50,814 nucleotides of DNA. It comes from a virus (lineage: Duplodnaviria > Caudoviricetes). Shown piece by piece: positions 48,973 through 50,814 of this stretch. The stretch spans positions 1-50,814 of IMG/VR virus record IMGVR_UViG_3300032103_000336; one strand, 5' to 3'. Numbering within the stretch: the first letter of the stretch is position 1; each line of letters opens with the position of its first letter. Under the pieces are notes generated by a model that worked only from the letters and a program-made list of their open reading frames with translations, searched no databases and was not told where the DNA came from. Both the position numbers and the translations under genes were made by a program.

Positions 48973-49193
48973 TATTCATTATCTCCCGATAAGTATTCTT
49001 CATCATACTGTTTTTTGCTCTCAAGAATTTTTTCCCTCTCATAATCCTCCCTAAGCTTTGAGATGTCATCCAAATCTAAAAGCGTTCTCTCGTGGATAAA
49101 AATATTTGACCGTCCCTCCTCAAACATTGTCCAACAAGCCCTTTTTAATATAGACCACTTGCCTCCTGTACAATCTTTTCTACTCTGTATCAT
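48972..49193 (-). CDS. Hypothetical protein, paralogue of 48448..48732
   Basis: W..(L/V)K...F..G..N..I.E...L....I.KLR...ER. Confidence 0.7.
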   Translation of the reverse strand: MIQSRKDCTGGKWSILKRACWTMFEEGRSNIFIHERTLLDLDDISKLREDYEREKILESKKQYDEEYLSGDNE

Positions 49194-49377
49194 TTTCTTC
49201 TTTCCCCTTTGAATCGCTTAAAAGACCCTTATGCCAAATCGGTTTATTATGCTGATGATAAATCTCCTGTTTTTCAGAACTGTATCTATTAGACCAGCCC
49301 CCATACGAAAAAACCAAACGTGCTGACAACGGGCTATGATATCTCCTTATCCACCCGTAAACATAAAATTTACTCAT
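49180..49377 (-). CDS. Small hypothetical protein
   Basis: Overlap-coupled within the operon. Confidence 0.55.
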   Translation of the reverse strand: MSKFYVYGWIRRYHSPLSARLVFSYGGWSNRYSSEKQEIYHQHNKPIWHKGLLSDSKGKEENDTE

Positions 49378-49622
49378 TCTTTTTTACCCCCTCTTCCGTT
49401 AACGGCATCGTAAAACTCCAGTAAATCTTCTTTTTCAATGGTGGAATCGACATTTTGTTTAAAAATTTCTAAAAGATCATTAGCCCCCTCAGAATTTCCC
49501 TCCTTAAGTTGTTCTAGTCTAGAAAAGAAAAATAATAAATCTAAGGAGGAACAAAAAACATAACGGCTGATTAAAAATAACTTTCTATATTTTTCTTTAT
49601 GGTTTTTATCTACTTCACTCAT
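49374..49622 (-). CDS. Small hypothetical protein
   Basis: Overlap-coupled within the operon. Confidence 0.55.
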   Translation of the reverse strand: MSEVDKNHKEKYRKLFLISRYVFCSSLDLLFFFSRLEQLKEGNSEGANDLLEIFKQNVDSTIEKEDLLEFYDAVNGRGGKKE

Positions 49623-50739
49623 CCCCTATCTCCCAATCTGTATAGCCTTCTAATTCTTTTGCGTATCGTTGGTAAACTGCGTCTTTGCAAAATTTATTTT
49701 TGAAGATAATTTTACCCTGTTCCCAACGTTGGTTCAGTAGCCACGATTTATAGGCCAAAGCGCTAACCCGTTGCAATACTATTTTTTGCGCTTGCTTCGT
49801 GTCTGGCGATACGTCACTGTTGTTAATCCTTTCAAGCATTTCTGCCTCTACGGCCCTTTTATCCGCTCGTTCTGGCGGCTTGTATTTCTTGATAAAACTC
49901 ATCTTGTTAATCCCAAACGCCTTATCCCAGCTGTTTAAATCAAGGGCATACGCAAGTGTGGGGATACCCCCGACCTGTCGTATCATTTGGTCTATTCCCT
50001 CCTCAAAAGCTTGTGCCTGGGCTTCTGCTGTCTCAAGCCCTAGTTTTTCTTGTAAAAATTTCTTTCGGATGCCGCCAAGTTGTCTAGCTTTTTCTCGATC
50101 AAGCTGAATTTTAATTCCGAGTTTCTCATTTAAACGTTTTTTTATCTCCAAAACGTGAAGATTTTCTGTTTTTGTTTTTTCCTTTTTTGAATCCGATTTG
50201 TTATATCGATTAATAATATTATTATTATAAGTACAACCCGTAATTTTTACGGGATGAGGTAAACCGCCCCTTTCAGGGTTGTTAGGAGCTTCACTCACTT
50301 TCTCTTTAAAGGTTAAAATGGTTCCTTCTTTCTCGTGTAAAAGATTAAGGGCGGCATAATTCACCCAATAGGAATTTGTTCGATCACTTCCCTTTCGTTG
50401 TTTCACTTTTAAAAGGCCTGCTTTTTTAAGAGCTCTGACGGCTTTTTCTATGGCACTTGTTGAGCATTGCGCTTGTCGAGCGAGAAGCTCTTGTGTTTGA
50501 GTTACCCATCCCACTTTGTTTTGCCCTTGAATAAGACTGGAAAGAAAAGAGGCCGCTATTCCTCCAAAATATTTTTTAACGCTTGGGCTAACCTTAAAAT
50601 AAAAATGAGGCGTTAAATCAACATCATCCTCTTTGGAAAAGAAGGAATCCTTTTTTAAGGAATAACCCGATCTCTCAAGATAGCTGTAAGCTAATTTGTA
50701 AGCTTCTAAGCCGCTGTCGTTAGTGCCGTGTAAGTGCAT
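49615..50739 (-). CDS. Replication initiator-like protein (HTH with a C-terminal DnaA_N-like domain)
   Basis: TQELLARQAQCSTSAIEKAVRALKKAGLL, DRTNSYWVNY, AYKSWL...NKFCKDAVYQRYAKEL; GAGGAG RBS. Confidence 0.75.
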   Translation of the reverse strand: MHLHGTNDSGLEAYKLAYSYLERSGYSLKKDSFFSKEDDVDLTPHFYFKVSPSVKKYFGGIAASFLSSLIQGQNKVGWVTQTQELLARQAQCSTSAIEKAVRALKKAGLLKVKQRKGSDRTNSYWVNYAALNLLHEKEGTILTFKEKVSEAPNNPERGGLPHPVKITGCTYNNNIINRYNKSDSKKEKTKTENLHVLEIKKRLNEKLGIKIQLDREKARQLGGIRKKFLQEKLGLETAEAQAQAFEEGIDQMIRQVGGIPTLAYALDLNSWDKAFGINKMSFIKKYKPPERADKRAVEAEMLERINNSDVSPDTKQAQKIVLQRVSALAYKSWLLNQRWEQGKIIFKNKFCKDAVYQRYAKELEGYTDWEIGDE

Positions 50740-50758
50740 TTCAAAATCTCCTCATTTT

Positions 50759-50813
50759 TGTAAGAAAAGATCTTGAAACTTCTTTTAAAAGAAGATACCA
50801 TCCACTTGTGTTT
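50759..50813. repeat. Right terminal inverted repeat (55 bp)
   Basis: Reverse complement of 1-55. Confidence 0.95.
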
Positions 50814-50814
50814 T

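Larger units (their letters stand above)
1..50814. mobile_element. Tailed dsDNA bacteriophage (podovirus-like), possibly a phage-plasmid
   Basis: TerL, portal, MCP, adaptors, fibres, ejection proteins and recombination/replication genes; no host housekeeping flanks. Confidence 0.9.

Noticed and set aside
2647-50107. Antisense and alternative-frame ORFs in the track (e.g. 2647..3087, 17513..17827, 27706..27921, 45424..45726, 48809..49069, 49799..50107)
   Set aside because: They are shadows of well-supported genes and lack an RBS or any motif.
1-50814. Stop-codon reassignment
   Set aside because: Core genes are full length in code 11, coding density is high and all three stops are used.
1-50814. 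tRNA or rRNA genes
   Set aside because: No cloverleaf or T-arm signature was seen in the intergenic gaps. tRNAscan was not run.

Overview
This AT-rich 50.8 kb window looks like a near-complete tailed dsDNA phage (Caudoviricetes, podovirus-like), possibly a phage-plasmid. The two ends carry a 55-bp inverted repeat, and two transcription arms converge at about 14.3 kb. The left arm (+) encodes YqaJ/RecT recombination, SSB, small membrane proteins, an outer-membrane beta-barrel, a tail stabilisation-type protein and TerL. The right arm (-) encodes two HTH + DnaA_N-like replication initiators, a RuvC-like resolvase, TerS-like protein, portal, scaffold, GroES-like protein, capsid, adaptors, fibres and ejection proteins. 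An accessory island at about 39.9-44 kb carries vapD, a serine resolvase, a secreted protein and a mosaic gene joining a virion leader to a papain-fold domain. The SSB, RuvC-like and Rep proteins and the signal-peptide proteins suggest an intracellular alphaproteobacterial host (Holosporales/Rickettsiales-like); this is inference. I recognised no integrase, DNA polymerase, endolysin, tRNA or CRISPR array. The best lead is a reusable 'VH...NPxTGLxE' virion leader fused to different cargoes, including a putative Cys-His-Asp effector and a second fibre tip. All calls come from reading motifs by eye; no searches were run.
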